Shown: positions 38,001-50,895 of the stretch, in pieces | How positions within the stretch are numbered: the stretch's first letter is position 1 | How the letters are laid out: each line of letters starts with the position of its first letter | Assembly: GCA_907165135.1 (NCBI GenBank) | Contig: OU015567.1 | Coordinates: forward strand, 10,726,001-10,790,000 | Reading direction: 5' to 3' | Length of the DNA stretch: 64,000 bases | DNA from: Oikopleura dioica | Taxonomy: Eukaryota > Animalia > Chordata | Translations under genes and position numbers: made by a program | Notes under the pieces: generated by a model | The model's input: only the letters and a program-made list of their open reading frames with translations | Database searches by the model: none | Told to the model about the DNA's origin: nothing

Positions 38001-40031
38001 GATTTCGGTCCGTCCAACTGAAAAAGGTTCGACTTAAAAGACGAAAACGGCAGACCTTTAGTTGAGAAAGAACTTCTTGAAGCTGTGCTGACTCTGCATT
38101 GTATGTATCAAAAAAGATCTTGTCTTCTTTCACATGAAGTTTTGACTCCAAATCATCATAAAAAGTATAATTCGCTTCCTCGAGAGTAAAAGGATCATCG
38201 CGCTGGACTTGGATCTCTCCGCATGTAGAAGCGGTAAGAGACTTTGATCTGGAATTGTGAGTCATCACCAATCCGTCACCTGCTTCTCCTGGTAGCCGAT
38301 GCCATTTATGAACGCAGTGTCGATCGGTGAGTGATCTAACTTCGCATAATTGACGGCCATTGTGCCATTCGGCCTTGCACTGCTCTTTCAATTGTTTTTC
38401 GTATGTCTTAATCATTCATTAGAATACATAAATACAAATTTAAAAAAACCTTCGCAGCTGGGCCTCTTGCATATCCATGATAGACCATCAACGCCTGGTC
38501 CACCTGATTGTTATGAATTCGAGTCGTATAATGCGATGGAAGATTGGTCAAATAAGTCTTGTATGCCTCTGGCACAAGTTTACCACATCGCTGGTCAGAG
38601 AAAGTCCATTCTGGATTCAGAGCTTTTTGAAGCTTTGCAAGGACAGCCTCTCGCATTTCATATGCTTTTGTAGAATCCTCTTCCCCGATGCTTTCCGGAA
38701 CTCTGCCTTGGACAATGTATTGGAACAAGATATCAGCTACTGGAAGCAGCTGGTTGAGTTCAACGGGCTCTTGAGATCTTGAACGAGATCTTGAGGACTT
38801 TCCACAAATGTTGTCAATGTGGACAGAGAGAAAATTCCAAACTTCTTCTCCCTGATCGAGCTTCGACTTCCATGAGTCAAACTCAAGCCACATATCTTCA
38901 GCCCTCCTTCGTTTTGGTAACCATGAGCGATCAGAGGCGGCAATCTCGATATCCCGTTGCACCTTTATCGACTCTTGGAGCAAGTCCAAACAAGCAGGAA
39001 TAGGCAAACACTCTTCATTAATCTTCGACTCCTCTGGCTGCAAAACAAAAATGAAGGCCGTCTTTTCAGAAATCTTGAATAAATTCGAGGGGGTTTTCTC
39101 AGGAATAAGGCGCCCATTCTTGAAAATATTGATTATCTGGCGCTCCATGCAATCAATGAGTTTCTTCTGAGGGACACGCTTCCTCTTTCCTCTTGAATAA
39201 TCGCCATCTGCGAAGTCTCGTAAATCTTCTTGGGACAAACCACATTTTTCAAAAAGAATTAAAAGCTTGGGTTGAGCGATACGAGCATTTTTAATCCAAT
39301 GCGACTCTAAAACCAAAAATTAGTCAATAAAAATGGAAGGAATAACTTACTAGCTCCAATTGAACCGATCAGCATTGAAAGCTGACTTAAGATCAGCTTT
39401 CTGCATTCACTTATGGCCAGAAACTGCGTCGATAGTTCCACATCCAACGATGTACTTGGTTGAACAAGAAGAACAAAGTGACAGATAGACATAAGAAAAA
39501 GCGACTGGATGCACATTTGAACATCGAAATCCTTCAAAATCTTCTGCGCATCAAACTCATTGTCGGTGTTTTCAATCAGCTTCGCGATTTCGATGAGTTT
39601 TGAAAAGTCGTTAGTTCCATTAGGGATGAGAAAGATCACTTTCTCTGTGGCACACCAGTAAATGTCGATTCCGCTGTCAGCGAAGGTAGCGGCTTTTCTG
39701 AATTCGCGTTTGGGACGAAGAAGCGGAAACAGAACCTGTCCAAAGAGAATTATAACAATGTATTCATGTCGTAACGAACCTGATCTAATTTCTTTCCAAA
39801 GCGACTTTTTCCAATTAGAGATATAATGCAAAATTTCTGACCACATGAACTAAGCCACTCAAAAGCATCGTCATACAATTTCAAAGCTTCCAAGTTGTAT
39901 TCAATGAGCTTCGAATCGTCTAGAAGGTCATCAGTGGGGATCGTCTCCTCCTCGCTCTCTAGCGGAGGGATTGAAGGAGATTCAATATCTGAGCGAGATT
40001 TGACCTCAGAATCCGCATCTTCCTCAACCAT
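29093..40031 (-). CDS. SMG8: Nonsense-mediated decay factor SMG8; last exon interrupted by the LTR element at 29422-37545
   Basis: GRQLCEVRSLTDRHCVHKWH, RDDPFTLEEANYTFY, PKGLLPRFPSWS and FIGYEYE upstream; MPLY..QLARIW..WVLRFPFVY downstream. Removing the element and one TSD gives in-frame DHEFMPLY. Confidence 0.9.
29422..29723 (-). repeat. 3' LTR (302 bp; TGTTGG...CCCATTA on element strand)
   Basis: Identical by eye to 37244-37545; AATAAA present on element strand. Confidence 0.95.
29800..30857 (-). CDS. Retrotransposon ORF3, non-envelope accessory protein in two overlapping frames (30857-30504 and about 30770-29800)
   Basis: Acidic Pro/Ser-rich N-part, helical middle, RGG-like basic end; no signal peptide or TM segment; preceded by a branch point and AG. 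Confidence 0.6.
30867..30890 (-). promoter_or_regulatory. Branch point and 3' splice acceptor for ORF3
   Basis: TACTAAC-GTATTTCATATTTCTAG|ATAAAAGAAATG. Confidence 0.7.
31083..35040 (-). CDS. pol: Retrotransposon pol (protease, RT, RNase H, integrase); one extra A in an A7 run at 32652-32658 splits it into two ORFs
   Basis: TLYDPGS (PR); LDLAAGFWNI, LPFGL, FVDD (RT); TDAS, EREALA, TDH (RH); H..H..C..C, VDF, TDRG, LLESRH (INT). Confidence 0.95.
35006..35040 (-). other. -1 programmed ribosomal frameshift signal at the gag-pol junction
   Basis: A AAA AAC in the gag frame, 6-nt spacer, then the perfect palindrome TGTCCGGCGAATTCGCCGGACA. Confidence 0.85.
35031..36515 (-). CDS. gag: Retrotransposon gag (494 aa)
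   Basis: Long ORF upstream of pol; coiled-coil and capsid-like region (KFSGG..QYISRI); RGG/Tyr-Asn-rich tail. Confidence 0.9.
   Translation of the reverse strand: MEEIQREIIRKKAIVDTYTERPPTSTEEIAAKDKHVKELAELKAKLCDLYMSKRDTSENSPANGAASSDYLETNLLVSGLSNLGKFSGGAQDQTAQYISRIRAIRESCPTISFTKFLAAIRPKMSVSVNKTIDNCDVKSMDELARCLTSNYGLVQNVFQLMENWWSKPKKSGMGFTEFHCELQNSIEPIITSYEKNIKAILIKQDNKQREPSFRDAFGIMLITKMLQCVRSESSELYNSIIVELNNFDNSEQLSARAEILSSQTGFKSVNAADGADASKKQKQSDKSSTTQGYYRQHRGQPAGYRGGYGHRGAPFRGTSRGHPSGNFYRGQPRRANFYPRGQSRGAPRGGYPSHNYRGGYNNGVQGNNNGYNHGYNSGYNNQGNGYNRSQTENDSRMYGVNAVFDESYVPLPLPADEPEQIIPQFEPPAQPDVVHQGDYYQPQFESFQAPEQPEADDSAYYTDQSTYSQYDPSFACYDTNLVSHTEATQEKSKN
36612..36668. repeat. Three tandem 19-bp repeats in the element leader
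   Basis: TAATATTT(A/G)TCATTGTTT(T/G) x3. Confidence 0.8.
37231..37242 (-). other. Putative tRNA primer-binding site
   Basis: TGGTGCAGAAGA 1 nt after the 5' LTR; primer tRNA identity not determined. Confidence 0.7.
37244..37545 (-). repeat. 5' LTR (302 bp)
   Basis: Direct repeat of 29422-29723, followed by the PBS. Confidence 0.95.
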
Positions 40032-40793
40032 CTTATTACAACCAATTGTTAGTTTTGACTGCGATAATTCAAGAAGACAAAGACCAATTTTTGAAGATTT
40101 AAATGAATTTTTATTAACGTTTTCATGTTTCAACAAAACGACAAAGGAACAAGTTACAGTTTTGATTGAAAAAATAATGGCAAAAGAGTAGAATGTAAAT
40201 AGGTTTACCTACAAGGCGTATTAAAATTGAGCTTGATAAGGGCTATCTTTTGAATTTTTAGTGGCTGTGAAAAAAGAAACAGCTTGAATTACAAGTAGTT
40301 AGAATAATGAAATAAATGAAGACTTGGAGGTACAGGGGCCGGAGATTGTAATTAAGAAAACGAGCAGGTGAAATCCCTTGATCGACTTTTTTGAATACTT
40401 TTTTAGTTGAAATTTGAATGAACTTAAAATTTTTGGGTTGTGTAAGTTTCTATTTATTAGTTAAAAAAAAGTTATAAAAAAGTGGTAATGGATAAGTACA
40501 GTACATGCTGAAGCAACGAAACCTAATGTTAGAACTTTGAGAACTGTGCGAATGTGGCTATTTACATCGGAAAGACGAACGTGCGAGGTGATGCAAAGGT
40601 AAATAGACATGTTGTTTCATTTTGATTTTTTGAAAAAGTAGTTTTTCTTCCGCTTTGAAATCACCTTTGAATAAATTTAGCCATGAAAGAGGGTGGGTTC
40701 TTGAATCAAGAACTTGTTGATGAATGAATGGACAGTTATCAGTTATCAGCCGGGGAATACTCTTCCCAATTGCATTTTTAGTTAGTAAAGAAG

Positions 40794-43643
40794 TTAAAGG
40801 TCGTATTTTCGTGTCAGGTTGCTTTTAGCAGCGGGTTGTTCTTCCAGACGGGCATAGATCTCCGTCAGGGTCTGGTTTAATCTTGAAGATTCGTCGACTG
40901 CAGGTTGAGCGAGCGACTCGCCGAGTTCAAAGAGCGATACGCGTCCGTTTTGGCTTCCAGTAGCGAGCATCGTGCCGGACTGGTGCCACGCCAGCGAGTT
41001 AAGGCCTTCAGAGCCGTTGTTGACCATGCTTGAAGCAATCGGTACCTTTCAAAGATAATTAACGCAGGTTTATTTCTACTAGATCTACCTCAGTATCGAC
41101 ATTCATATTCCAGAAAGATAGTCTTCCAGTCAAATCAGTAGCCGCAAAGAGTCCCGGATGAATTGGCGACCATCCAACGTCCAAAACATACGCACCAAAG
41201 TTCTCAAAGCTAGAATCAAAGTTTCAGAAAAATAAAATGAAAATAAGAGACCTGTGAAGAGGAGTATCATTTTTAGTAGACCACAATTTAACGGTCCAGT
41301 CGAACGATGAAGAAAGAAATAAATGCGAAAAGTCCATTTTAGATTGCGCGCGATGGCAATCTAAACCGGTGACCATGGCTCCGTGTTTCTCATACGCGTC
41401 AGAAATTCCCGGCTGAACCTCATTTGAAAACAACTAAGATACGCAGGAGACCGACCTTTTTATTGGCATGTCTCTGGCCAGAGTAAATGACTCCATCTTC
41501 GGAGCCGACAACAAAGTTATTTACAGAATCTCCAGGAAATGCCAGTGCTGATACAGAGACACTTTTTTGATTCGCTTTAGCTTGCAACTCGAGGCATTCC
41601 TAACATAGAACTTAAAGAATTATCATAAATATCATCTTTACCTGTGGCTTCGAGAACATGTCCAAACTCCAAGAACATAATTTGCCATCAGTAGATACGG
41701 AAATAACATTATGAGCATTTTGACTGCCCACGACGTCTATACAGTAAACTGGATGCGTATGCGCGGATGCTCCTAGCTTTGTTCTCTGGACTGGAGTCCT
41801 CTTGAATGTTCTAAAAAATCATGCGAAGGGATTCGCGTAAAGATTATACCTGTTGTCCCAGATAACGATTTGACCACTATAAGTTCCTCCAATCAATAAA
41901 TTTGGATGATATCTGAATACTCCATCAATAATTCGCTCAGAGAGAAGCGACTTACTTTGCAAATTTAACTTTAGTAACAGGCGACTGGCAGTGGAAGACA
42001 TATTCAGGTGCCGTCTTGCTCAGCTTCGAATTCCAGATGAGTGCAATGCCGTGTGGATCAACCTCTGACGCGGGATTTTTGAGATATGAGGAAGCTAACA
42101 ATTCCGAGAATTGTGGCGACCAGTCAAGAGATGAACACAGTCTGTTTCTCGACCAGTGTTCGTCGAAGAAAACGCGACTTTCCCGAACTGCGTCGGTTTG
42201 CTGCTGAATTGTTTGCTCTGCAGCTTCGCCGGTGTAATCGGCAAAAATATACTAAAAATAAGAAACAGAAAAGAAGGAATAGCCCTACTTTGCTATCTGC
42301 ATTTGGGTCATGAAGAAGTCTTTCAACAATTCTCGTCGTTCGGTCGAAAAATGCCAAGAATTCAGGTTGATTTGACGCTCTTAAACGTTTGAGAACAGCA
42401 GTTAATCGACAACCTACCTTTCAGCTTCGGAATCGGTGTAAATACGCTTCGGTAGCTTTTCTTTTTCTTCCCTCTTTTCAGGTTGGGCGGTAGTGGTTGA
42501 TTCCGCTGGAGCTTCGTTTTCTTTGTTTTCTGCGACGACAACTTCGTCTTCGTCAGCTTCTTCTTCCTCTTCGACAACTATCAAAAGGTATTATCTTACT
42601 CAATCTTAGGCTGTCATACCTAAAGTTTGAGTTTCTTTAGCATAAGTGATGAGCTCTTTTGGTTGAATCGTATGTAGCGCAACTTGAGTTGTTGTCAATT
42701 TTGGTGGTTGTCTTGGCTTTTTTCTACAAATTTCAGTTAGCGAAATAACAACGACTAATAAAGACAATTATCATTTACAACGTTGCGCGCACGTAGATAT
42801 AAAAAGCTATTTTTGATGTAAATATAGTCAATATTATATACCGAGTATTTCAGACTCAAAACCCGAGAGGCGCCGTCACTAAAGCATCCCCATAGTCTGA
42901 TTGGCTTTAGGTAATACAGCTAATTTAGATTTTCAAAAGTTTCCATATATGGAAACCTTTGAATTTCTCGGGGCAAACGCTTGAAATACTCGGTAGATTC
43001 AAAAGCGATGAAACTAACAAAAAGGGTTTACGAAGTACATGGTGGATTACCGCGTGGTGGGTATTTGAAATGAAGGGAGCTGGAGGTGGATCAATAGCGG
43101 ATCCCCGTCCCAGTCAAGTGTGCAGCTAAATAATTGTTTCAAACTAGCAATGCAGAAGCAACATAAAAGCGGATTTCAACTCATAAAAATCACGTACCCA
43201 GGTTTATCGGCTGATTCCGACGTGGTCGTATCCGTTGATGACTTCGGCGAGGGAGGTTGAGCAACCTCGGCAGGAGGTGCAGCTTCCGGAAGACCAAGAT
43301 TTTGGAGTAGCATTTGCGTTTCATCTCTTTTCTGGTCGAGGTCGGATTTTTTCACTTCGACCACAGTTCTCTCAGACTTTTTCGCTTCCTTGAAAAGATC
43401 ATGATCATTAAACCTTTTGGAAAACAAGGTTTGTTAGCAAAGCTTGCGTTAAATTTCCTATACCCTAGAGAAGCTGCGTAAAAATTTGCGTATTGAAGAT
43501 CCTTTGGATCCTTTCTTAATATCAGACAAATAATTTGAAAGCTTGTGATTAATTACCTCCTTTCTTTGTTTTTCTTTCCGCATTTCGGCCAATTTGGCCT
43601 TCTTGCGCTCTAACTCCGCCTTCCGGAGGTCTCGATCCGCCAT
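40794..43643 (-). CDS. DYNC1I2: Cytoplasmic dynein 1 intermediate chain
   Basis: [26 protein letters not shown]-terminus, [11 protein letters not shown]40 repeats ([16 protein letters not shown]). The 1/2 paralog label is nominal. Confidence 0.9.
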
Positions 43644-43819
43644 TCTTCAAGAATAGATTTGGAAAAGCGTTCAATGACAATAATTTAGTGATTAGGCAGC
43701 AAACATTAATAAGATCTAATTGATTAATTACTGAACAACTAAAATTGCTGCTGGGCGGCATAATTCGGCGGCAGAGATTAAAAATTTTACTAAAATGAGA
43801 GTGAAAGCAGGAGCATGGA

Positions 43820-46479
43820 TCAACGGCGTCGAGAAGAGACTAATAAAAAATTCGTTAGTATTAGGAATTACTCAACGTTGATTTCAACGGACAAAGAGAT
43901 CGATAAATGTCTCTCCACTCACCTTTCTCACCGCGGTAGTCTCTATCCCGATTTCTATCCGCATCCCGTCGGTTGTTGCCTCGATCGTAATCCCGAGCTC
44001 GTTCTTTACGATCTGGAGTTCGTTCCCGACTATAATCGCGTTTCTTGTCCCGGGACCGTTTTCGATCACTACGCCGGCTCGTCCTAAAATCGATAACAGT
44101 AAATATAAACGAGGATAATCTTGTCTTACTTCTCCGGTTCCCGTCGCGCTTTTTTCTTATCCGGCTTGCGGCTCTTCCGAGCAGAGACAGATCCATCAGA
44201 TGCAGAAGAAGATGATGAGGAAGAGGAGCTTGATGAACTTGAGGATGACGAGGAACTACGAATATGAATCTGACCATGGAAATATTTATCTACCTTGATT
44301 TCCTCCTTCTTCGATCTTTCTTAGCCTTCTTAGACTTGCTGGTCTTTCGATCATCTCTTCCCCGTCGATCTGGCGATCTGGAACGCGATCGTCCCCCGGA
44401 GCGATCTAAAAATCGTCAGATTCTGAAAAATTTTCTCTTCTTACCTGCAGCCCTCTCAAAGTTTCTGACAGGTGAAGGTGATCGGGAAACTCTCCTCTTC
44501 TTCAGAATCTCTTCTTTTTTGCCGTAATACGGATCATAAGGCGAGGGACTTCGCCGCCTCTCGTTCTTTGGGGATTTCTCCCGTTTACGACGAGGAGGAG
44601 GTGTGACACCACGACGAACAACCGGAGCTTCTGGAGTTCTTGAACGACGTCCCATCGGACGCTGGATTGTGACCGTATGTTTGATTTGTTTATCCTAAAG
44701 AAAAATTAATCTTCGCATCATCGACAATAATCAACCTTGAATCGTTTCTGGGTATCATATTCTTCATCAGAGTAGTCATTTAGCTCAACTTTGACTTCTT
44801 CTTGCTGTTTTTCTTGAAGTCTCTCTTTTTTCTTCCGCAAAAGCTTCTCCTTCAAACTTTCTTCTCTAAAAAATAGATTATTTGAGATGAAATTCTGATT
44901 TGAGCTTACTGTTTTCCGAGATTTTTCATTTTCTCCTTCTGTGCTTCTTCTAAGGCAGCTTGCTTCTTGGCTTCTTCAGCATCTTTCTTGGCTTGCTCAG
45001 CTTTTCTTCTTGATTCAATTTCTCTCTCGAGTTCTTGAATTTCATTGTATTCAGTTTCTGTCTTCATTTTATCGAACAGGAAAGTGAGCAGTCGGACAGC
45101 TTCCAGTCGTCGCTGGGTAAGAAGCAGTTTTCGCTCTTCAAGCTGAACTCTAGGGAGAACTTGAATAAAAATACGTTTTTGTTAATTCACCGTTGTTCAA
45201 CTCGCTTTTGCTCCTTTTCTCGCTGTCTTTCCAATCGTTTTTGTCTTCTAGCTTCTTCCCTTCGTCTTCTTCTCTCTTCTTTATTCTTCTGTCGCTCAGC
45301 TTCTTTGAGTTTTTCCTCTTCAAGCCGCCGCTCTTCTTTTTCAATTCTCCGTTTCTTTTCATCGGCCATAGCATCTTCTTCTTTGAGAATTCTTCTTCGC
45401 AAAAGGTATCGCTTTTTCAACTCTCGCTCTGACAAATGCTTCGTGGTATCGAACTTGACTTCAATCGGAGCAGAGTATGACTTTTCGCCTTTGTGGGCAA
45501 ACTTCATGTCTCGCAGAGCATCCATGCAGATCATGAATCCATCATAAGACTTGTATTGAATAAAAACATCGAAGAGGACGGGATTCGCATGAGCCCGTGC
45601 ATCGACTCGAGGATCAATCTTTGGAAATTTATTGAAGAAGAAAATCGAGTTTTAATATGCTACCTTTGGACGATAAGGATCGAGAACTGGAATGTCATGT
45701 TGGCGGATTTCTCCAAACTTTTGGAAAACGCGGAGAACGACATTTTCTGACGGGCGAGTATTGTCTCCTACTTTGAAAAAGCTGCATGGAAGCTTGGAAA
45801 TGTGGACTGTATCGGGTCGTTCACCTGGCTTTGTTTCGTCGTACTCAGGTGCGTCACGAAAAAAATTATTCCACTCGGCCTGAAAAAAGATAAATGTTAA
45901 AGAGCTCACCTAGAATTCCCTTACCTTAGTTGGATAATTCGATTTTGCAGCGCCACAACGAATCTTGAAAGGCTCATTAAACCCTGAAAGCTTCATGTGT
46001 TTGCCATCAAGGCGAGAGGTTACATCATCCATGACGGGTTTATTTGCAACTTCTCCTTCAAAACGGATGAAGTCAAGGGTCGACTTTGTGACCTTAATAT
46101 GCGTAAACTCTCGCGGCGAGACCATCGCCTTCAATCGTTCCATGACTTCCCAGTTAGAAATAGCTTTTTGGTTGCGTTTGTTCACAATGGCTGGAATCGC
46201 CACGGAGATGTTCAAAATTGCGATCGGCTTCAAGTACAAGTTGTCCTGCGCGGAGAGCTCTTTCAAATCGGAAAGATCCTTCAGCTCCAAAAAATTGGTC
46301 ATTCGTGAAATGCCACCCGGCGTGATGACTTTCTTCGAAAGACTGCTGCTCATGAATTGATTTCGGTAGGATGCGGAGGTATCTCGCGATTTTTGGCGAG
46401 ACTTTTCTCCTTCTGCCGGCCCTCCGGTGACCTCCTTTTGCTCACCATAGGTGAAATCACAGCCTCCTCCCGCGGGCAT
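43820..46479 (-). CDS. AKAP17A: A-kinase anchor protein 17A / SFRS17A; start codon uncertain (46479 or a later ATG)
   Basis: LYLKPI..ISNWEVMERLK..STLDFIRFEGE, PGERPDT..IPVLDPYR; RS/RD-rich tail. Confidence 0.88.
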
Positions 46480-46677
46480 GGTGGAAAAGATTCAGACTGT
46501 CTGAACAAGGCTGCTGTTACTCTTCCTTGATTTCATTTAAGTTTCACGTCAAAAAAGAAAGTTTTTGTTGTTATTTTGTCAGCGACTTGATGGGTGTTTA
46601 TTAATATTGGAATGTGAATAAAGTGAGAAGTGAACTGTGTAAGAAAAAAAAATATGGGCAGTGGGACGCTCCTTATT

Positions 46678-49600
46678 CAGTCGATGTCTTGATCTTGAAG
46701 TCCTTGAAGTTGCCGCTTTCTTGGACAAGCTCTAAGTCTTGTTCGTTTGCTGAATAATAAGATAATTAAAGTTATGAAACCAAAATCTTACCGAGATAAA
46801 GAAGACAAACGAGCGACATGCTTGTTGTCAGGTTTTTCTTGTCATCTCCATCAAGACATTCGTCCAACTCGTTTCTCAACTTCGAAAACTGATAGACTTG
46901 CTCTTCTTCATTTTCGAAGGCGCTCTCGTCGAGTCTCGATTGCGTAGCGTTTGCGTCGCTCTCAATCAAACTCTTCATCTGCCCCTTGACGCGTCGGACA
47001 TTCACTCGCCGAGGACGACGGTCGAAGTTGATAAATAGCTTCTCAACTGTTTTTCGCTGGAGAAGATTGTCATCGCCAAACGTTGGCTAAATAGTGAGTT
47101 AAATTTATACTGAAAGACATTAGTTACCTTTGGAAGGATATCTTCGGGAACCACTGTTGGAGGTCCCTCTTCTTCATCCTGAGAGTCGAAAATAGCACCG
47201 AAATCTTCAATGGGTCCATCTTCTATGTTATCGTATTCGATGGGCTCCGGAACGAACTCGTCGCTTATTTGCTCCTCTTCATCTGCTTGGTCTAAGTCGA
47301 GCGGTTCGATTTCATCTTCTCCATCACCAACTTTCTCTAGCTTTTTGAACGGAATAGAAGTCCTGAAACAAGATGAAGAAAGGGACCTTGACAAAGACAT
47401 ACCGAAGTTTGAAGTGCAAGAATCGCGTCTTGCGACTTATTGGCAACTCGACTCCTGGATTTTTCATAAATGTAGCTTCAGCTGCATCTTCTTTGATCTT
47501 CGTCTTCTGAGTCAACTTGTAGATGGACAAGTTGATCATTCCTTGCGCTTGTTGCTCGAACTCTGTGAAAATTGTTTTTTTCTCGGGAGTTTTCTTCGCA
47601 AGTTTCTTTGAAACCCGAAGTTTCTTTGCTTTAGGCTCTTTTCCTTGCGCAAGGGCTTCGTTCTTTTTCACAATCGCTAAATTAGAGATGAATAAACGGC
47701 TGGGTCCGCATTGCCAAGGATCCAATATGGTCCATACTCACGGCAGGTGAAGGCGCCAAGCCGAGGCAAGGAGATGCAACGCGACCACCGTCATGTGCTA
47801 ACTCCCGCAGAGGCAGCACCTCGGCCTAACTCGACGGTGGTGAGGCCACTCAGCATGTGATGGCTGAGCTGATGTGCTAACATAATGAGCGAGTTGAGCT
47901 CATTAATCAGATTAAGCTCAACCCCCGGATGAGCTGCAAATTTGGAGATATGGAGGATAAAAAATTGAATTTTCTGAAAGTTACCCCAGTAGGGTTTTTT
48001 GATGCGAGGAATCCGAATCTGAAAACAAAAAAGAGTTTAAATGTCTAATTTACACAGGGCAGTAATGTTCGCGAAATTTCCTGTCCAAAGTAAAAAAGCC
48101 CTCCACGATCCAGAAATTTCGCTAAGATTACTGATGAAGTAGTTTACACTGTACTTTAAAAATTCAATACAACAATCATGATATGCATTAATTGTCATCT
48201 ATTAAAGGGCAGTTATCTTAGCGAAATTTCCTACCCAGAAGAGAAAAGCCACTCAGGATCTAGGAAATATCTTTATAAGGGCAGGAAATTTCGCTAGAAT
48301 TACTGCCCGTGAAGGTATTAATTGGATTTTGATGGGCATTCTTCTAATTTCGCGAACATTACTGCCCTGTGTAAATTAGACATTTAAAGTCTTTTTTGAC
48401 TTTAGATTCGGATTTCACGCATCAAAAAACCCTACTGGGGAACCTTTTAGAAAATTCAATTTTTTTTCCTCCATATTTCCAAATTTGCAGCTCATCCGGG
48501 GGTTGAGCTTAATCTGATTAATGAGCTCAACTCGCTCATTATGTTAGCACATCAGCTCAGCCATCACATGCTGAGTGGCCTCACCACCGTCGAGTTGGGC
48601 CGAGGTGCTGCCTCTGCGGGGAGTTAGCACATGGCGGTGGTCAGGTTGCATCTCCTTGCCTCGGCTTGGCGCCTTCACCCACCGAGAGTATGGACCATAT
48701 TGGATCCTTGGCAATGCGGACTACCCCGAATAAACATCTAATACCGTTAATTTACCTTGAATTTTTGGAGGAATTCGTGGTACGCGAAATCTGTGGGTCT
48801 CGCGCCTGGACTCAAAAATTTTATCCAAAACAGAATCGTCAAGATTATCCGTTTGCACGGCAGTCTGTTCATAATCAATTTGCGGTAGCGGCGTCATTGG
48901 AATGGTGGGAGTCGGAGGTGGCAAGACTTCACTGGCAACTTCTTCGCCAAGATCTTCAAATAGCTTTTCAGGGTCGATACTCGGCGGGCAGACAAGGTCA
49001 GGTGCGGCTTCAAAATTTTCAGACTCGGGCAAGTCCAAGTCGTCACCGAAGTCGTTGAGGTCAGGGGCGGCGAAAATAATAGATTCTTCGTCTTCTGGAT
49101 CAAATGCAGGTTGCTGCCTAGTATATGACTTGAAAGAGATTCGATAATATGCAATAATTTACGATTGGGAGGGAGCAGGTGCGGCGGGTGTTTTCAGCCG
49201 ATCTTCGATTATGTTTTTGTCAAAGCTTCCCGCGAAGTTTGGATGCTGATGAATGTCGACAAAGAGATCTTCGCCTGCATTAATCACGTCTTCGAACAAT
49301 TCAAAGCTGAAGACAGGCAAATTGTCTATAAACAAATCAATCGAAAGAATTAAAAAACGTTGATTTACTGCTCGGTTCGTCGTCTTTCTTTTTGATTCTG
49401 GAGCTTGACTCGTTTGGAACGAGTTTCAGATCATTGAATGATTCTAACTGTTGGTTCTGGATGCGAAGCTTGGAAATGTCAGTTGCACTGTCGAGTTTCG
49501 AAGCTACTTCCAAAGCGTAAGGGTCTTTCAGCTGATCAACTTTTTTGTTCGAGATCGGAGTCGGATCCTGAAATAAGTAAGTAGACTTTTAAAACCTGAA

Positions 49601-50474
49601 ATTGCATTTTACTGGGTAAAGAAGCTTCAGTCGCTTTTTCTTTGTTTGCTTCTTTTTTGACGCCACATCTTGAGAATCTCCAGGCTGACTATCGTCTGGA
49701 TCAGCTTCTGCTTCTTTTGCATCAACCAGGTCTGAAATCAACTGAATGCCTTATTGCTTTTGTCTTTTTGGTACCTTTCGTAATCTGACAAGCTTCATTA
49801 TAAATAGCATCGACTTTGTAGCACCAGATTTTTGTTGCTCCGTCCAAAGCAGTCGCAGCTTCCGCAAAATCAACTTTGGCCCTAAAAATTCGTTTAGCCG
49901 TATTGAAAAATTTGCCTGTGGTTTACTCGTTGGATTTTTTGAAAAGAGTCGACGCAAGGTTCAAGTTGAGCTTGTATACGTTTTTCTCGTTGATCTTATT
50001 TTTCATGAAGAGTTCCATCGTGTGTTTGTACTGAGCTGAGACTTCTTCTTCCGTCTGCATTTCAGTATGAAGATCTGCTCGCATTTCCGCAGCGTTTCTA
50101 ATAGTCCGATCTAAAGCCGAAGTTAAAGACTTTTAGAAAAATATCTAGCTTGCCTTTTTGGTTTTCTGGAGTCTTTCCATGATCACCGACCGTCTTTTGA
50201 GATTTCTACTGACATTGGAGTCCATCGTCGACGTTTCATCTTCGATGTCGGAGTCGAACGCATCACTGAATTTTATTTTCTCGGGTTGGAAACGAAGAAC
50301 ATCCATTTTTGGAAAAATCGAATACATAATGTTAGAATTTCAATCGAGCTCTGGGAAATTACTGATAAGGAAAGCTTACTTTTGGGGAGGAGGAGCCAGC
50401 GACTGTCTCTTCTTGGTCTTTTTCGACTTGGGACGTCTGATTTCGAACGAGTCATCGTTTTCTTCTTCCATCAT
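46678..50474 (-). CDS. NCAPH: Condensin I kleisin subunit (Barren/CAP-H)
   Basis: NKINEKNVYKLNL, DFAEAATALDGATKIWCYKVDAIY, and C-terminal NLTTSMSLVCLLYLANEQELEL. Confidence 0.85.
47698..48727. mobile_element. 1030-bp foldback-type non-autonomous DNA element in an NCAPH intron; 8-bp TSD GAATAAAC
   Basis: About 375-bp inverted arms (47704-48079 vs 48346-48721). Removing it restores a 41-nt GT-AG intron. Confidence 0.85.
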
Positions 50475-50895
50475 TTTCTCAAACGAGCTCTGAAAACATG
50501 GTATTTGGCAAAAGAGAACCATAAAATGTCATTTAGGCAAGGAATGTAAATGATAGATTTGATTTTTTCACTCTCAAGATAATTCAAAACAGATTTGCTT
50601 CACAAACTCATTGATGTTAATAAAAATATAATTTAAAAAGTTTTCATTGATAAAATCAACTCCCGAAAATTGCGCGCGCGACGGTTTTTTTTTCTTCGCT
50701 CGCCCACGCAATTCTCCGGAGAAGGCCCCCGTTCTCGGACGAAAAGGAAGAAATGCAAGTTCCGGTTGCTGATTGAGAATCTTCACATATTGAATGTGAC
50801 TCCTTCTAGAAAATTGCAGCTTCGACAAATTGGACAAATCAGAATACGATGTCAATTTATTCTTAGTATATTTTCTAAATATGATGGTTTTATTG

